In this document: positions 16,919-27,174 of the stretch, piece after piece
Layout: every line of letters starts with the position of its first letter
Numbering within the stretch: the first letter of the stretch is position 1
Origin: Armatimonadota bacterium
GTDB taxonomy: Bacteria > Vulcanimicrobiota > JACPDS01 > JBDRKI01
Direction: 5' to 3'
DNA length: 38,544 nucleotides
NCBI GenBank assembly: GCA_043814095.1
Contig: JBDRKI010000028.1
Coordinates: 1-38,544 of the forward strand
Program-made: the position numbers and the translations under genes
Notes under the pieces: model-generated
Seen by the model: the letters and a program-made list of their open reading frames with translations, nothing else
Databases searched by the model: none
What the model was told of the DNA's origin: nothing

Positions 16919-17746
16919 ATGGAAGCAATACATATACTGGCACTGGATATATATAACGCGAAAATAAGGAACTGCAAGCCTTATCAGGAGCAGATAGTTG
17001 ATTCTTTTGATGACGGAAAACTTAAGGTTGCCTGGGACATTATAAAAGAAAACTATTTCCTGCGCGGGGATGAGGTTCTTGAACAGATATGTGACGGATG
17101 CCCTTTAAATATATATACGCTCCAGCAGGGCTGCCAGGGAGAAATATTTAACCTTAACCTTCTTTTAAACTACTTAAAAATAAACTCTCCCGATTCTCCC
17201 TTGCTGGAATATAATTTCACTGACGCGAAACTCTCTTTCGCCGAAGTGCAGGAGATAAAGCAGGAACTTGAAGAGATTTCTTCAAACGCTAGAAAAAACA
17301 AATGGCCCGCAGCCTGCGTCTATTATGAAGGAAATCCCGTTACCCTGCCTGCCAGAGACGAGAAAGAAGAACCCTACTTCTATCCGTGGGCCGGAGAAGA
17401 AGAAAAGCTCTTTGCTCACGGCAATGAAGCGTACAGGTTCTGCGTTAGGAAAGAAGGCATAGTAATACAGCGCTCTTTGGTTGAGATACCCCATACATTC
17501 ATACACCTATGGAAAAAAGAAGGGAAAACTTTCGGGAAGACAACCAAGGATGAAGTAATTGTTTTTGAAAAAGAACTGGGGATATTCCCTTCCTGGGACA
17601 CTGTAGATAACGAAAGAGAAAGTGAACTTATATTCAAAGAAATAAATTCGGATATTGTATTAAGATATGTGATGGACACATTAAAAGCGTTTCTGGATAC
17701 CGCCGCGATTCACCATATCGGTTTGAACGTATCGGAAGTATTATAG
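16919..17746 (+). CDS. Hypothetical protein with Cys motif (C...CDGCP...GC)
   Basis: Long ORF; ATG 16919 preferred over TTG 16820, which lies in the terminator tail; 8-nt gap to the TPR gene. Confidence 0.7.
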   Translation: MEAIHILALDIYNAKIRNCKPYQEQIVDSFDDGKLKVAWDIIKENYFLRGDEVLEQICDGCPLNIYTLQQGCQGEIFNLNLLLNYLKINSPDSPLLEYNFTDAKLSFAEVQEIKQELEEISSNARKNKWPAACVYYEGNPVTLPARDEKEEPYFYPWAGEEEKLFAHGNEAYRFCVRKEGIVIQRSLVEIPHTFIHLWKKEGKTFGKTTKDEVIVFEKELGIFPSWDTVDNERESELIFKEINSDIVLRYVMDTLKAFLDTAAIHHIGLNVSEVL

Positions 17747-17754
17747 GGGGTAGA

Positions 17755-19596
17755 TTGGATCCTGTAAACGAACAAATAAAAAAGTTAAAGAATAAGTTAA
17801 AACATCATTCTGACGATTATAATCTCTGCTATGAGCTCGGGATGCTTTACCTGCAGAGAGGCGAGACCGGTTTTGCCCGGAGAATGTATAAACAGGCCTT
17901 AAAAATCAATCCCGCGTTTTCCAAAGCGCTTTTAATGCTCAGCATTATGCATAAGGAATCTACGGAAGAATCTAAACAGATACTGCATAAAGCCGCGCTT
18001 TTAAACCCCAAAGACGCCCATACCTATAATAACCTTGCTTCAGTCTATATCTCGGAAAATAATATTGATGAAGCCGTAAAATACTGGAAAAAAGCAATAT
18101 CGGCAGATAAAAATTTCGCCCACGCCTACTATAACCTTGGGCTTACATACACAAAATTAAACAAGCTAACGCTGGCTGAAAAATATTATAAAAAGTCGCT
18201 GGAGATAAACCCGCAGGACAGCTATGCCCTTAATAACCTCGGACTTTTATACATCAAAGAGAATAAAATTGCCGAAGCTCAGAATCTGTTTAAAAAAGCG
18301 CTGGAGGTTGATCCTAAAGACGTGTTCGCGCACAATAACCTGGGAAAACTTTACGAAAGCCAGGGCAAAGACTTAAAAGCCCTTAATGAATTTAAAAAAG
18401 CACTGGAAATAGACCCCAGCGATATATACCTTAACAATAATATAGGGAGAGTCTATATTAAACTGGGACGGTTCGGGGACGCCGTAACTCATTTTAACAA
18501 AGTCCTTGAACAGGACCCTAAAGACATTTACGCTTTAGGCAACCTCGGACAGCTGTATATGAATCTTAATAACTGGGGCAAAGCGGTAGAGATGTTTAAA
18601 ACCGCTTTAAAGCTTGATCCCAAGGATACATACACAAGGAATAAGCTGGGCCAGGCCTATATGCATTACGGCTCTTTAAATAAGGCTATAAGGGAATTTA
18701 AAAAAATCACTCTCGTAAACGATAATGATTCTTACGCCCATAACCATCTGGGACTCGCTTACCTTGAAACCGGCAGATATGACAAAGCAGTGCGCGAATT
18801 TGAAAAGACGCTGAAAATTGACCCTAAAAACATACAGGCTTCAAACAACCTCGGGATCACTTACACGCTGGCCAATAAAACCGATAAAGCCATAAACCAG
18901 TATAAAAAATCCATAAATATAAATCCTGATGATGTTCACGCTCTAAGCCAGCTGGGACTTCTTTATTCTAAATGCGAAAAAGAAGAAATGGCTGTTGTTT
19001 ACTACAAAAAAGCCGTTAAGCTTAACCCGCATAATTCCACTTTATACAATAACCTGGGACTTGCGTATTATCTTATGTCAAAATACGGCGCCGCAGTTGA
19101 AAAATTCAGCAAAGCCGTTGAATTAGACCCGAATAACGGCCCTGCTTACAACAACCTCGGTATTATTTATTTAAAAACGAACAAGCTTGAAGATTCCGTA
19201 AAAGCATTTATAAAATCAATAAAAATCGAACCTTCCAATCCCACCACATACAACAATCTCGCGATCGCAATGGCAAAGCAGAATAAATTCCACGACGCCG
19301 CAGAACAGTGGGAAAAAGCCTTAAAAATCAATCCAAGTTATATTGAAGCGCGCTTTAACCTTGCGCTTGCTTACACGGAGCTTAAAAAACTTAATCTTGT
19401 GGAAAAAGAATATGAAGCCATAATCAGTCTGGATAAAAATTTTATACCCGCTTACGTAAATCTGGCGGATCTTTACATATCGGAAAATAAAAGAAAAAAG
19501 GCTGAGAAAATTTTAAAAACCGCTCTGGATATTTCAATAAAACAGAAACATACAAAGTATAAAGCTGTTATCAAAGATAAACTGCGGGACTTTTAA
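17755..19596 (+). CDS. Tetratricopeptide-repeat protein (about 16 TPRs, no recognisable catalytic domain)
   Basis: Continuous 34-aa repeats A.NNLG..Y...G....A...F.KAL..DP; GGGGG RBS before TTG. Confidence 0.92.
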   Translation: MDPVNEQIKKLKNKLKHHSDDYNLCYELGMLYLQRGETGFARRMYKQALKINPAFSKALLMLSIMHKESTEESKQILHKAALLNPKDAHTYNNLASVYISENNIDEAVKYWKKAISADKNFAHAYYNLGLTYTKLNKLTLAEKYYKKSLEINPQDSYALNNLGLLYIKENKIAEAQNLFKKALEVDPKDVFAHNNLGKLYESQGKDLKALNEFKKALEIDPSDIYLNNNIGRVYIKLGRFGDAVTHFNKVLEQDPKDIYALGNLGQLYMNLNNWGKAVEMFKTALKLDPKDTYTRNKLGQAYMHYGSLNKAIREFKKITLVNDNDSYAHNHLGLAYLETGRYDKAVREFEKTLKIDPKNIQASNNLGITYTLANKTDKAINQYKKSININPDDVHALSQLGLLYSKCEKEEMAVVYYKKAVKLNPHNSTLYNNLGLAYYLMSKYGAAVEKFSKAVELDPNNGPAYNNLGIIYLKTNKLEDSVKAFIKSIKIEPSNPTTYNNLAIAMAKQNKFHDAAEQWEKALKINPSYIEARFNLALAYTELKKLNLVEKEYEAIISLDKNFIPAYVNLADLYISENKRKKAEKILKTALDISIKQKHTKYKAVIKDKLRDF

Positions 19597-20234
19597 GCCG
19601 GGGCCTCAACGCTTTTTATAAGTTCATAGAAATATTTCGCGTCTTCTAATGGGTTGTCGCTTCTTGTAACAGCTCCCCCTATAATAACCGTATGGGGTTT
19701 TAATTTTAAAATTATATCTATATTGTCTTTATTTATTCTTCCCGCGACAATTATGGGAAGATTAACAACCTTCTTTATTCTTGTATATTCATCAAGACTG
19801 GTGGCTACCCCGTAAGCATCCGTGCTTTTATGGAAGCAGAGATAATCTATATCGCCGTTCTCGGAAAAACGCAGGGCGGCTTCTAAGGTATCCGGAGAAC
19901 CCAAAAGATCCACCATTATTTTTTTGCCTTTTTCTTTTACTTCATTATATACGGCTTCTTTGGTTTGGTCGCTCACGCATGACATCATCGTGATTATATC
20001 GGCTCCCGCGGACAGGGCCAGGTTTGCTTCTATTTTCCCGGCATCCACTATTTTAATGTCAGCCACTATAATTTTATCTGGAAATCTTTTTTTAAATTCT
20101 GCTACCGTTTTTATTCCCTCGCTTTTTATTAAGGGAGTACCTACTTCCATGATATCGCAGTAGTTTTTAATCTTTTCCGCAATCTCCAGCGCCCCTTCAA
20201 GATTTGTGCAGTCAAATGCTATCTGAAGATTCAT
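19593..20234 (-). CDS. hxlA: 3-hexulose-6-phosphate synthase family (HPS/KGPDC) protein
   Basis: LQIAFD, EVGTPLIKSEG, ADIKIVDAG..EA, MVDL, H..TD, GGAVT...DNP. Confidence 0.75.
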   Translation of the reverse strand: MNLQIAFDCTNLEGALEIAEKIKNYCDIMEVGTPLIKSEGIKTVAEFKKRFPDKIIVADIKIVDAGKIEANLALSAGADIITMMSCVSDQTKEAVYNEVKEKGKKIMVDLLGSPDTLEAALRFSENGDIDYLCFHKSTDAYGVATSLDEYTRIKKVVNLPIIVAGRINKDNIDIILKLKPHTVIIGGAVTRSDNPLEDAKYFYELIKSVEAPA

Positions 20235-20245
20235 ATATCCTCCGT

Positions 20246-21109
20246 TTATATCTTTTTTACCTTATTTAATACTTCTTCTATGGCTCCGTCGGGAGTTGAT
20301 GCTCCGGCCGTAAGCCCTGCTTTTCTTTTTCCGGAAAACCAGCTCTTCTTTATCTGGGATGCTCCTTCAACAAGATAAGTTGAAGGGCAGAACTTCCTGC
20401 ATATCTCAAACAATCTTCTCGTGTTGGACGAAGATTTCCCGCCTACAACTATCATTATATCCACTTCTTTAGCCAAATCAAGGGTTTCAGCCTGCCTGAG
20501 TTTTGTCTCAGAACAGATTGTATTAAAAATCCTGCACTCATGCGCTTTATCAATAAGGATCGGCACAATCTGCCGGAAATTGGAAAGAAGAAAAGTAGTC
20601 TGGACAACAATACCGAGCTTATCAACAATCCTGCCGTTTTTTCCCATCTTTAAATCTTCCGCCTCGCGGACGCTCTCAATAACTTTGCATCCAAAAGGTG
20701 CGTAAGATGCTATACCCTTAACCTCGGGATGGTCTTTATGCCCTATTATGATTATCTTGTATTTCTGTTTGGAAAGGTCTCTTACGATATTATGAATTTT
20801 TCTTACTAGCGGGCATGTGGCATCAATAACTTTAAGCTTTCTTTTTAAGGCGTCTTTATATATCTTTGGAGTTGTGCCGTGCGTCCTTATAATCAGACAG
20901 CCGCTTTTAATTTTTGAAGGCTTATCAATTGAGAATATGCCTTCTTTCTCCAGCTGTTCTATAACATCCGGATTATGAACAAGAGGACCGAGAGTATACA
21001 CGCCGGGGGTTGCTTTTTTCTTAGCGGTATCCAGTGTCTCCCTGCTCATCTTTATCGCGCGGCGCACGCCGAAACAGAAACCTGCGCGCTCTGAGACTAT
21101 AACTTTCAA
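20246..21109 (-). CDS. ispH: 4-hydroxy-3-methylbut-2-enyl diphosphate reductase
   Basis: AGFCFGVRRA, LVHN, DATCPLV, HPEV, NTIC..T..RQ, SSNT, TAGASTP. Confidence 0.95.
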   Translation of the reverse strand: MKVIVSERAGFCFGVRRAIKMSRETLDTAKKKATPGVYTLGPLVHNPDVIEQLEKEGIFSIDKPSKIKSGCLIIRTHGTTPKIYKDALKRKLKVIDATCPLVRKIHNIVRDLSKQKYKIIIIGHKDHPEVKGIASYAPFGCKVIESVREAEDLKMGKNGRIVDKLGIVVQTTFLLSNFRQIVPILIDKAHECRIFNTICSETKLRQAETLDLAKEVDIMIVVGGKSSSNTRRLFEICRKFCPSTYLVEGASQIKKSWFSGKRKAGLTAGASTPDGAIEEVLNKVKKI

Positions 21110-22506
21110 CTTGCTCCTCCAGACTTTACCGCCTTATCTATCTTTTTAATCATATCACCGGATCTTAACTTTGCCAAGCCCGTATATTTTCTATAATCCA
21201 TGATTTTATCAATATCACCAGGTGTAAGTTTGCCTTTAAATGCAGATAAAAGTTCTTTTTTGAAAACACCGAGAGGCGCGTACTGCCCTGCATTAAAACT
21301 TATATTCTTTATTCTCTCGTGAAGTATCTGCCTGTTCAATCCTTTTTTCGCAAGCTCCATCATAACAGGCTCAAGCATGGCTGTAGGTCCGTATTTATCT
21401 AAATTCTCTTGCACCTTCCCTTTATTTATCTTAAGCCCGGATAAAATTTTATGCATAAGACGGAGTGTCTCATCAACTGCAAGAAAACCTTCCGCGAAAA
21501 TAATTCTCCTGTTAGCCGAATCATCAAGTGTTCTTTCTAAAATAGTATCAGCGGCGTTATTCCAGAATGTGCCGGGGAGAACCTTAACATATTCGGCAAT
21601 AGAGCAGACTCTCTCAGATAAAATAGGGTTCTTTTTAAAAGGCATAGCGCTTGAGCCCACCTGGCTCTTCCCGAAAGGCTCCGATACCTCTCCTATTACA
21701 GGAGACTGCAGCACCCTTATATCCAGCGCTATCTTATGAAGCGTCTGTGCGCAGGACGCGAGCATGCACATTATCTGGTAATCCTGGCTCCTGGGATAAA
21801 CTTGAGTTGTTGCGTCAAACGCTTTTAATCCTAAATACTTTAAAAAACTCTCTTCCATTTTTTTAACTTTTGAAATATCAGAATCCATAAGGTGAAGGTA
21901 GCTTGCCGATGTGCCTACCGCCCCTTTTAATCCTTTAGTTTTTAAATTATCCTCAAGGAAGTCAAGAAAACTTAAATCCATTAAAAGTTCCTGAGCGTAG
22001 TTGCTGAACCGGTAGGAGTAAGTTGAAACTTCCGCGGGCTGTATATGCGTAAAAGCTATATTAACAACTTCCTTATTCTCTTTAATAAGATTCTTTAGAT
22101 CCTTTAAACAATCAACAATTCCTTTCCTTACAATTCCCAATGCTTCTTTAATTTTTAAAACTTCAGCATTATCAATTATATCGGTGGATGTAGCGCCAAG
22201 GTGGAGCTTACCCCCTCCCTTTTTACACTGTGAAGCAAAAAGCTTTACTTCAGCCATAACATCATGCTGGATCTTATTCTCTATCTCCTGTGATTTTGAT
22301 ATATCAACTTTTTCATTATTCTTTTTAATGTCCGTAAATTCAGTCTTTGTTAAAAGCCCTGCATTATACTGGGCTTTAGCAAGGGCTGTCCATGCACGTC
22401 TCCAGTAAAGCTTCTCCTTCTTTTGCGAGAAAACAGATCTCATATCAGGAGAACCATACCGGTAAGTAAATGTTGAAAGATATGTATCATAAGTAAATTT
22501 TTTCAT
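21106..22506 (-). CDS. purB: Adenylosuccinate lyase
   Basis: RYGS, HDVMAE, HLGATS, FTHIQPA, GSSAMPFKKNP, LERTLDDSANRR. Confidence 0.93.
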   Translation of the reverse strand: MKKFTYDTYLSTFTYRYGSPDMRSVFSQKKEKLYWRRAWTALAKAQYNAGLLTKTEFTDIKKNNEKVDISKSQEIENKIQHDVMAEVKLFASQCKKGGGKLHLGATSTDIIDNAEVLKIKEALGIVRKGIVDCLKDLKNLIKENKEVVNIAFTHIQPAEVSTYSYRFSNYAQELLMDLSFLDFLEDNLKTKGLKGAVGTSASYLHLMDSDISKVKKMEESFLKYLGLKAFDATTQVYPRSQDYQIMCMLASCAQTLHKIALDIRVLQSPVIGEVSEPFGKSQVGSSAMPFKKNPILSERVCSIAEYVKVLPGTFWNNAADTILERTLDDSANRRIIFAEGFLAVDETLRLMHKILSGLKINKGKVQENLDKYGPTAMLEPVMMELAKKGLNRQILHERIKNISFNAGQYAPLGVFKKELLSAFKGKLTPGDIDKIMDYRKYTGLAKLRSGDMIKKIDKAVKSGGAS

Positions 22507-22717
22507 ATAAGCACCTCACTGTATGCGGTAATAAATCTTCTTTTTGGATGAAAAATACTCCTTTTTTATCAGGCGCGAAACCATATATAAAGAACTAATA
22601 ATTCCTGTGTATAAAGTCAAAAATATTCCATAGAAAAGGATTTAAAGTCCCTATCAAGAATTCTAGTTTGCGAAACGAAAGTTTTAAGAAGCAAAATTTA
22701 CCATGGGGGTGAATTAT

Positions 22718-23263
22718 ATGGGTAAAAAAGAAATCCTCAATTCAAATGATATAAAGCGGATACTTAACCGTATCGCTCATGAAATCCTGGAAAAAAACAA
22801 AGACCATAAAAATCTTGCTATTATAGGGATACATACAAGAGGCGTCCATATCGGGAAGCGTATAGCCGATATAATAGAAAAGACAGAGAACCTATCCGTT
22901 CCTTTCGGTGTTATAGACATAAACCTTTACAGGGATGATATATCCATATCTCCTACACACCCGGTAGTAAAAGAAAGCAATGTTCCCTTCAACATCGAAG
23001 GCAAAGATATTATCCTTGTTGATGATGTCCTTTACACAGGGAGAACCATAAGAGCGGCTCTGGATGAGATTATGGATCTCGGACGTCCGGGCAAAGTACA
23101 GCTTGCGGTTTTAATTGACAGGGGGCACAGGGAACTTCCCATACAGGCAAACTATGCGGGAAAACACCTCCCTACTTCCAGAGATGAAGAAGTATCTGTT
23201 CACCTGGAAGAATCCGATAAATCGGAATTCGTGGAAATTTTAAAAACAAAAAAACAGAATTAA
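22718..23263 (+). CDS. pyrR: Pyrimidine regulator / uracil phosphoribosyltransferase PyrR
   Basis: RIAHEILE, LYRDD, LVDDVLYTGRTIRAALD, DRGHRELPI. Confidence 0.96.
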   Translation: MGKKEILNSNDIKRILNRIAHEILEKNKDHKNLAIIGIHTRGVHIGKRIADIIEKTENLSVPFGVIDINLYRDDISISPTHPVVKESNVPFNIEGKDIILVDDVLYTGRTIRAALDEIMDLGRPGKVQLAVLIDRGHRELPIQANYAGKHLPTSRDEEVSVHLEESDKSEFVEILKTKKQN

Positions 23264-23273
23264 AGGGGTTTTT

Positions 23274-24188
23274 ATGCAGAAAAAAGATTTTTTAGGAATC
23301 TTTGACCTTCCCAAAAAAGAACTGGAATACCTCCTAAACCAGACTCCCATCTATAAAGAAATTCTCGCAAGACCCATCAAAAAAGTCCCAGTGCTCCGCG
23401 GAAAAACAATTGTTACTCTATTCTATGAACCAAGCACAAGAACAAGAATGAGTTTTGAACTAGCTGGAAAAAGATTAAGCGCCGATATGAGTAATATCGC
23501 GGTATCAAGTTCCGCGGTAGCCAAAGGCGAGAACCTTAAAGATACCGTCCGCACGATAGAAGCCATGGGGGTAGACGCAATAATAATAAGACACAGCCAG
23601 GCGGGAGCGCCGCACCTTGCCGCTTTAAACACAAAAGCAAGCGTTATAAATGCGGGAGACGGAACACATGAACATCCCACCCAGACACTTCTTGACCTGT
23701 ACACGATAATGGAGAAAAAAGAAAAGATAAAAGGGCTCCATGTAGGAATAGTCGGGGATATAGCGCATTCGCGCGTTGCTAAATCGGATATATACGGCTT
23801 TAAAAAACTCGGAGCTAAAGTAACTCTTATTGCCCCGCCCACCCTTCTGCCTGCTGAAGTTGATAAATTCGGGGTTGATGTAAGCTATAATTTAGATAAG
23901 GTACTTCCCGAACTTGATGTATTATACATATTAAGGTTACAGCTTGAACGCCAGGCAAAGGGTCTCTTCCCTTCATTACTGGAGTATATAAAGCTGTACG
24001 GCGTCCATAAAGACCGGTTAAAAAAATGCAAAGACGATATACTTGTAATGCATCCCGGTCCCATGAATATAGGGGTTGAGATATCGGAAGAAGTGGCGAC
24101 TTGCGTTTCTTCAGGGGTAATAGAACAGGTAAGTAACGGTGTCGCTGTCAGGATGGCATTATTAAATCACTTATTAGGGGGTAATTAA
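23274..24188 (+). CDS. pyrB: Aspartate carbamoyltransferase catalytic subunit
   Basis: FYEPSTRTRMSF, INAGDGTHEHPTQ, HSRV, RLQLER, MHPGP. Confidence 0.96.
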   Translation: MQKKDFLGIFDLPKKELEYLLNQTPIYKEILARPIKKVPVLRGKTIVTLFYEPSTRTRMSFELAGKRLSADMSNIAVSSSAVAKGENLKDTVRTIEAMGVDAIIIRHSQAGAPHLAALNTKASVINAGDGTHEHPTQTLLDLYTIMEKKEKIKGLHVGIVGDIAHSRVAKSDIYGFKKLGAKVTLIAPPTLLPAEVDKFGVDVSYNLDKVLPELDVLYILRLQLERQAKGLFPSLLEYIKLYGVHKDRLKKCKDDILVMHPGPMNIGVEISEEVATCVSSGVIEQVSNGVAVRMALLNHLLGGN

Positions 24189-24189
24189 A

Positions 24190-25452
24190 ATGCTTCTTAA
24201 AGGCGCAAGAATTTATGATCCTGCCCAGAAATTAGATAAAGTTCTTGATATATACATAAAAGACAGCAAAATAGAGAAAATGGGGAAAGATCTTAAAATT
24301 AAATGCGGGCAGGTAATAGATCTTAAGGGAAAAGTTGTATTACCGGGCTTAATTGATATGCATGTGCACCTCCGCGAACCGGGTTTTGAAAACAGAGAGA
24401 CAATAAGGACAGGAGCGCTCTCTGCGTCCCGCGGAGGATTAACCGCGATAGCCTGCATGCCTAACACAAACCCGCCGCTTGATAATATAGGGGGGATAGC
24501 TCTTTACAAACAGAACGGTTTAACGCTCCCTGTTGAAGTTTATCCCATAGGATGCGTATCAAAAGAAAGAGCAGGGAAAGAATTAACCGAGATGGGTTCT
24601 CTTTATGAAGCGGGGGCAGTAGCTTTCTCGGATGACGGCGCGCCTGTTGCAAGCACAGAACTTATGAGAAGGGCGCTGGAATACTCCAAAGTAACGGATA
24701 CCCCAATAATTGACCACTGTGAAGATACCAACCTTAAATCAGACGGGGTCATGAATGAGAGCTACACAAGCTCTCTTTTGGGATTAAAAGGAAACCCCGC
24801 AGAAGCCGAAGTAATACATATTTACAGGAACATAGTTTTATCCAGGCTTACTGGCGGCAAAGTGCATATCGCGCACCTTTCCACAAAAGACGGACTTGCC
24901 CTTATAAAACAGGCGAAAAAAGACGGAATTAACATAACCTGCGAAGTTACAATAAACCACCTCCTGCTCACAGAAGAAGATTTAGCCGATTATGATACAA
25001 ACTTAAAAGTCTCCCCTCCTCTAAGATCTAAAGAAGACCAGAAAGCGCTTCTTAAAGGATTAGCCGACGGCACGATAGACGCCCTTGTAAGCGACCACGC
25101 CCCGTGGACATATGAAGATAAAGAAGTGGAATTTTCATTAGCTCCTTTCGGCATAAGCGGGATTGAGACGCTTGTGCCTCTCGCTTTCGGAGAACTTTAC
25201 AAAAACCATAACATACCGCTCGCGAGAATAGTTGACGCGTTATCACATAATCCGGCAAAAATACTGAACCTGCCGGACCGCAGGATAAAAAAAGGCTCTC
25301 CTGCTAATTTAACGGTACTGGACCTTGATGCTAAAGATAAAATTTCAAAAGAAGATTTTATTACCATGGGAAAGAATACCCCGTATAACGGAAAAACAGT
25401 TAACTGCAAACCTTTTATGACAGTGGTCAACGGGAAGGCATACAAAAATTGA
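24190..25452 (+). CDS. pyrC: Dihydroorotase (type I)
   Basis: DMHVHLREPG, MPNT, FSDDG, HCED, HIAHLS, SDHAP. Confidence 0.95.
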   Translation: MLLKGARIYDPAQKLDKVLDIYIKDSKIEKMGKDLKIKCGQVIDLKGKVVLPGLIDMHVHLREPGFENRETIRTGALSASRGGLTAIACMPNTNPPLDNIGGIALYKQNGLTLPVEVYPIGCVSKERAGKELTEMGSLYEAGAVAFSDDGAPVASTELMRRALEYSKVTDTPIIDHCEDTNLKSDGVMNESYTSSLLGLKGNPAEAEVIHIYRNIVLSRLTGGKVHIAHLSTKDGLALIKQAKKDGINITCEVTINHLLLTEEDLADYDTNLKVSPPLRSKEDQKALLKGLADGTIDALVSDHAPWTYEDKEVEFSLAPFGISGIETLVPLAFGELYKNHNIPLARIVDALSHNPAKILNLPDRRIKKGSPANLTVLDLDAKDKISKEDFITMGKNTPYNGKTVNCKPFMTVVNGKAYKN

Positions 25453-26249
25453 TTTATACAAAATGCAAAATAACAGAAAACAAGGAAGTTGCCGAAGGCT
25501 ACTTCTTAATAAAGTTCTTCTCTAAAGAGATTGTCAGGTACGCAAGAGCCGGCCAGTTCGTGCAGGTTAAAATAACCGAGAATACCGATCCCCTGTTAAT
25601 GAGGCCTTTCTCTTTCTTTGAAATTGACAGAATTAAAAAAACCTTCTCAATTCTTTACCAGATAAAGGGGAAAGGGACAAAATTCTTAAGCGGTTATCCC
25701 AAGGGGAAAGAATTAAATATTCTGGGGCCTCTGGGCAGCTACTTCAAATACCCTAAATATATTAAAAATGTCATCCTCATAGCGGGCGGGGTCGGCATAG
25801 CGCCGCTGGCCTGTTTCGCGGATGAGCTTGCAAGATGCAAAAAAGACGTGACAGTTCTTCTCGGACTAAAAGAGCGGTCCATGTTTAATTTTTTAAAAGA
25901 GCGCTGCGCCTATATACCTCCCACCGGTTTTCTTGTCTCCGTTGAAGGAGGAGTCGCGGAAGCTGATTTCAAGGGGACTGTCGTAAACTTTTTTGAAAAT
26001 ATTTATTCAGCCCAAAAAAAGAAATATGATTACGCCTGCACCTGCGGTCCAAACTCTATGTTAAAAGAAGTGCAGAGAGCATTTTCAGACATACAGATAC
26101 CGGTTTACTGCAGTCTTGAGGCGCATATGACATGCGGTATGGGGGTATGCCTGGGTTGCGCGGTAAAGATAAAAGAAAAAAACACTTTTATTTACAAAAA
26201 GATCTGCTCGGACGGCCCTGTATTTAATTTAAGGAATGTGGTTTTTTAA
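25449..26249 (+). CDS. pyrK: Dihydroorotate dehydrogenase electron-transfer subunit
   Basis: GQFV, RPFS, GPLG, GGVGIAP, CGP, E..MTCGMGVCLGC, CSDGPVF. Confidence 0.92.
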   Translation: MIYTKCKITENKEVAEGYFLIKFFSKEIVRYARAGQFVQVKITENTDPLLMRPFSFFEIDRIKKTFSILYQIKGKGTKFLSGYPKGKELNILGPLGSYFKYPKYIKNVILIAGGVGIAPLACFADELARCKKDVTVLLGLKERSMFNFLKERCAYIPPTGFLVSVEGGVAEADFKGTVVNFFENIYSAQKKKYDYACTCGPNSMLKEVQRAFSDIQIPVYCSLEAHMTCGMGVCLGCAVKIKEKNTFIYKKICSDGPVFNLRNVVF

Positions 26250-26250
26250 A

Positions 26251-27174
26251 ATGAAAAAAACAAACCAAACACCCGACATGTCCGTAAATATAGCCGGGAT
26301 AAAGATGAAGAATCCCGTTATGCCCGCGTCCGGCACATTTGCCTGCGGACGCGAGTATAATGAATTATTTGACATAAATAATCTGGGAGCGCTGGTAACG
26401 AAATCCGTAACCCTATACCCCACTATGGGGAATAACCCGCCAAGAACCTGTGAAACCGCATCGGGAGTATTAAATTCAATAGGATTGCAGAACAGCGGAT
26501 TAAATAATTTTATAAAGGATGATTATCCATTTTTAAATAAATTAAAAATACCTCTTATTGTAAGCATAGCGGGGAAATCGGAAGATGAATATTCTAAGAT
26601 TATTTTAAGATTAAATAAACTGACTAAAATATCCGCGTATGAAGTTAATATCTCATGCCCTAATGTTCATCACCAGATAATAGGAAAAGATCTGAAGATG
26701 ACTGAAAAGTTAATAAAAAGATTATCCCGTATAAGCAGGTATCCCTTAATCATAAAACTTACCCCTAATGATGTTGATATAGTTGAAGCGGCAAAGGTAT
26801 CTGAAGCTTCAGGCGCAAAAGCCATATCGCTGGTAAATACATTTGCAGGCATGGCTATTGATATATATACCGGGAAGCCTAAGCTTGGAAATATAACGGG
26901 GGGATTAAGCGGGCCGGCCATAAAACCCCTGGCATTAAGGATGGTTTACAACATATCCAAAACCGTAAAAATACCGGTTATAGGCTTGGGCGGGATAACA
27001 AATTATGAAGACGCGCTGGAATTTATAATAGCGGGAGCGTCCGCCGTGCAGGTAGGCACCGCCAATTTTCTAAACCCCTTCTCCTGTATAGAGATTATAG
27101 AAGGCATGGAAGATTATATGAAAAAGAATAAAATAAGAAGAATTGAAGATCTAAAAGGGAGCTTAAAAACATGA
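26251..27174 (+). CDS. pyrD: Dihydroorotate dehydrogenase family 1B catalytic subunit
   Basis: NPVMPASGT, NSIGLQN, EVNISCPNV, KLTPN, GGLSGPAIKP. Confidence 0.95.
   Translation: MKKTNQTPDMSVNIAGIKMKNPVMPASGTFACGREYNELFDINNLGALVTKSVTLYPTMGNNPPRTCETASGVLNSIGLQNSGLNNFIKDDYPFLNKLKIPLIVSIAGKSEDEYSKIILRLNKLTKISAYEVNISCPNVHHQIIGKDLKMTEKLIKRLSRISRYPLIIKLTPNDVDIVEAAKVSEASGAKAISLVNTFAGMAIDIYTGKPKLGNITGGLSGPAIKPLALRMVYNISKTVKIPVIGLGGITNYEDALEFIIAGASAVQVGTANFLNPFSCIEIIEGMEDYMKKNKIRRIEDLKGSLKT

Noticed and set aside
22551-22565. AAAAATACTCCTTTT identical to 16135-16149
   Set aside because: AT-rich, reverse complement is SD-like, and it lacks the GACCTATAT half; probably chance.
22620-22717. PyrR-binding attenuator upstream of pyrR
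   Set aside because: Only AAGTCC is present; the rest of the ARUCCNGNGAGGYU loop and a terminator/antiterminator are not visible.
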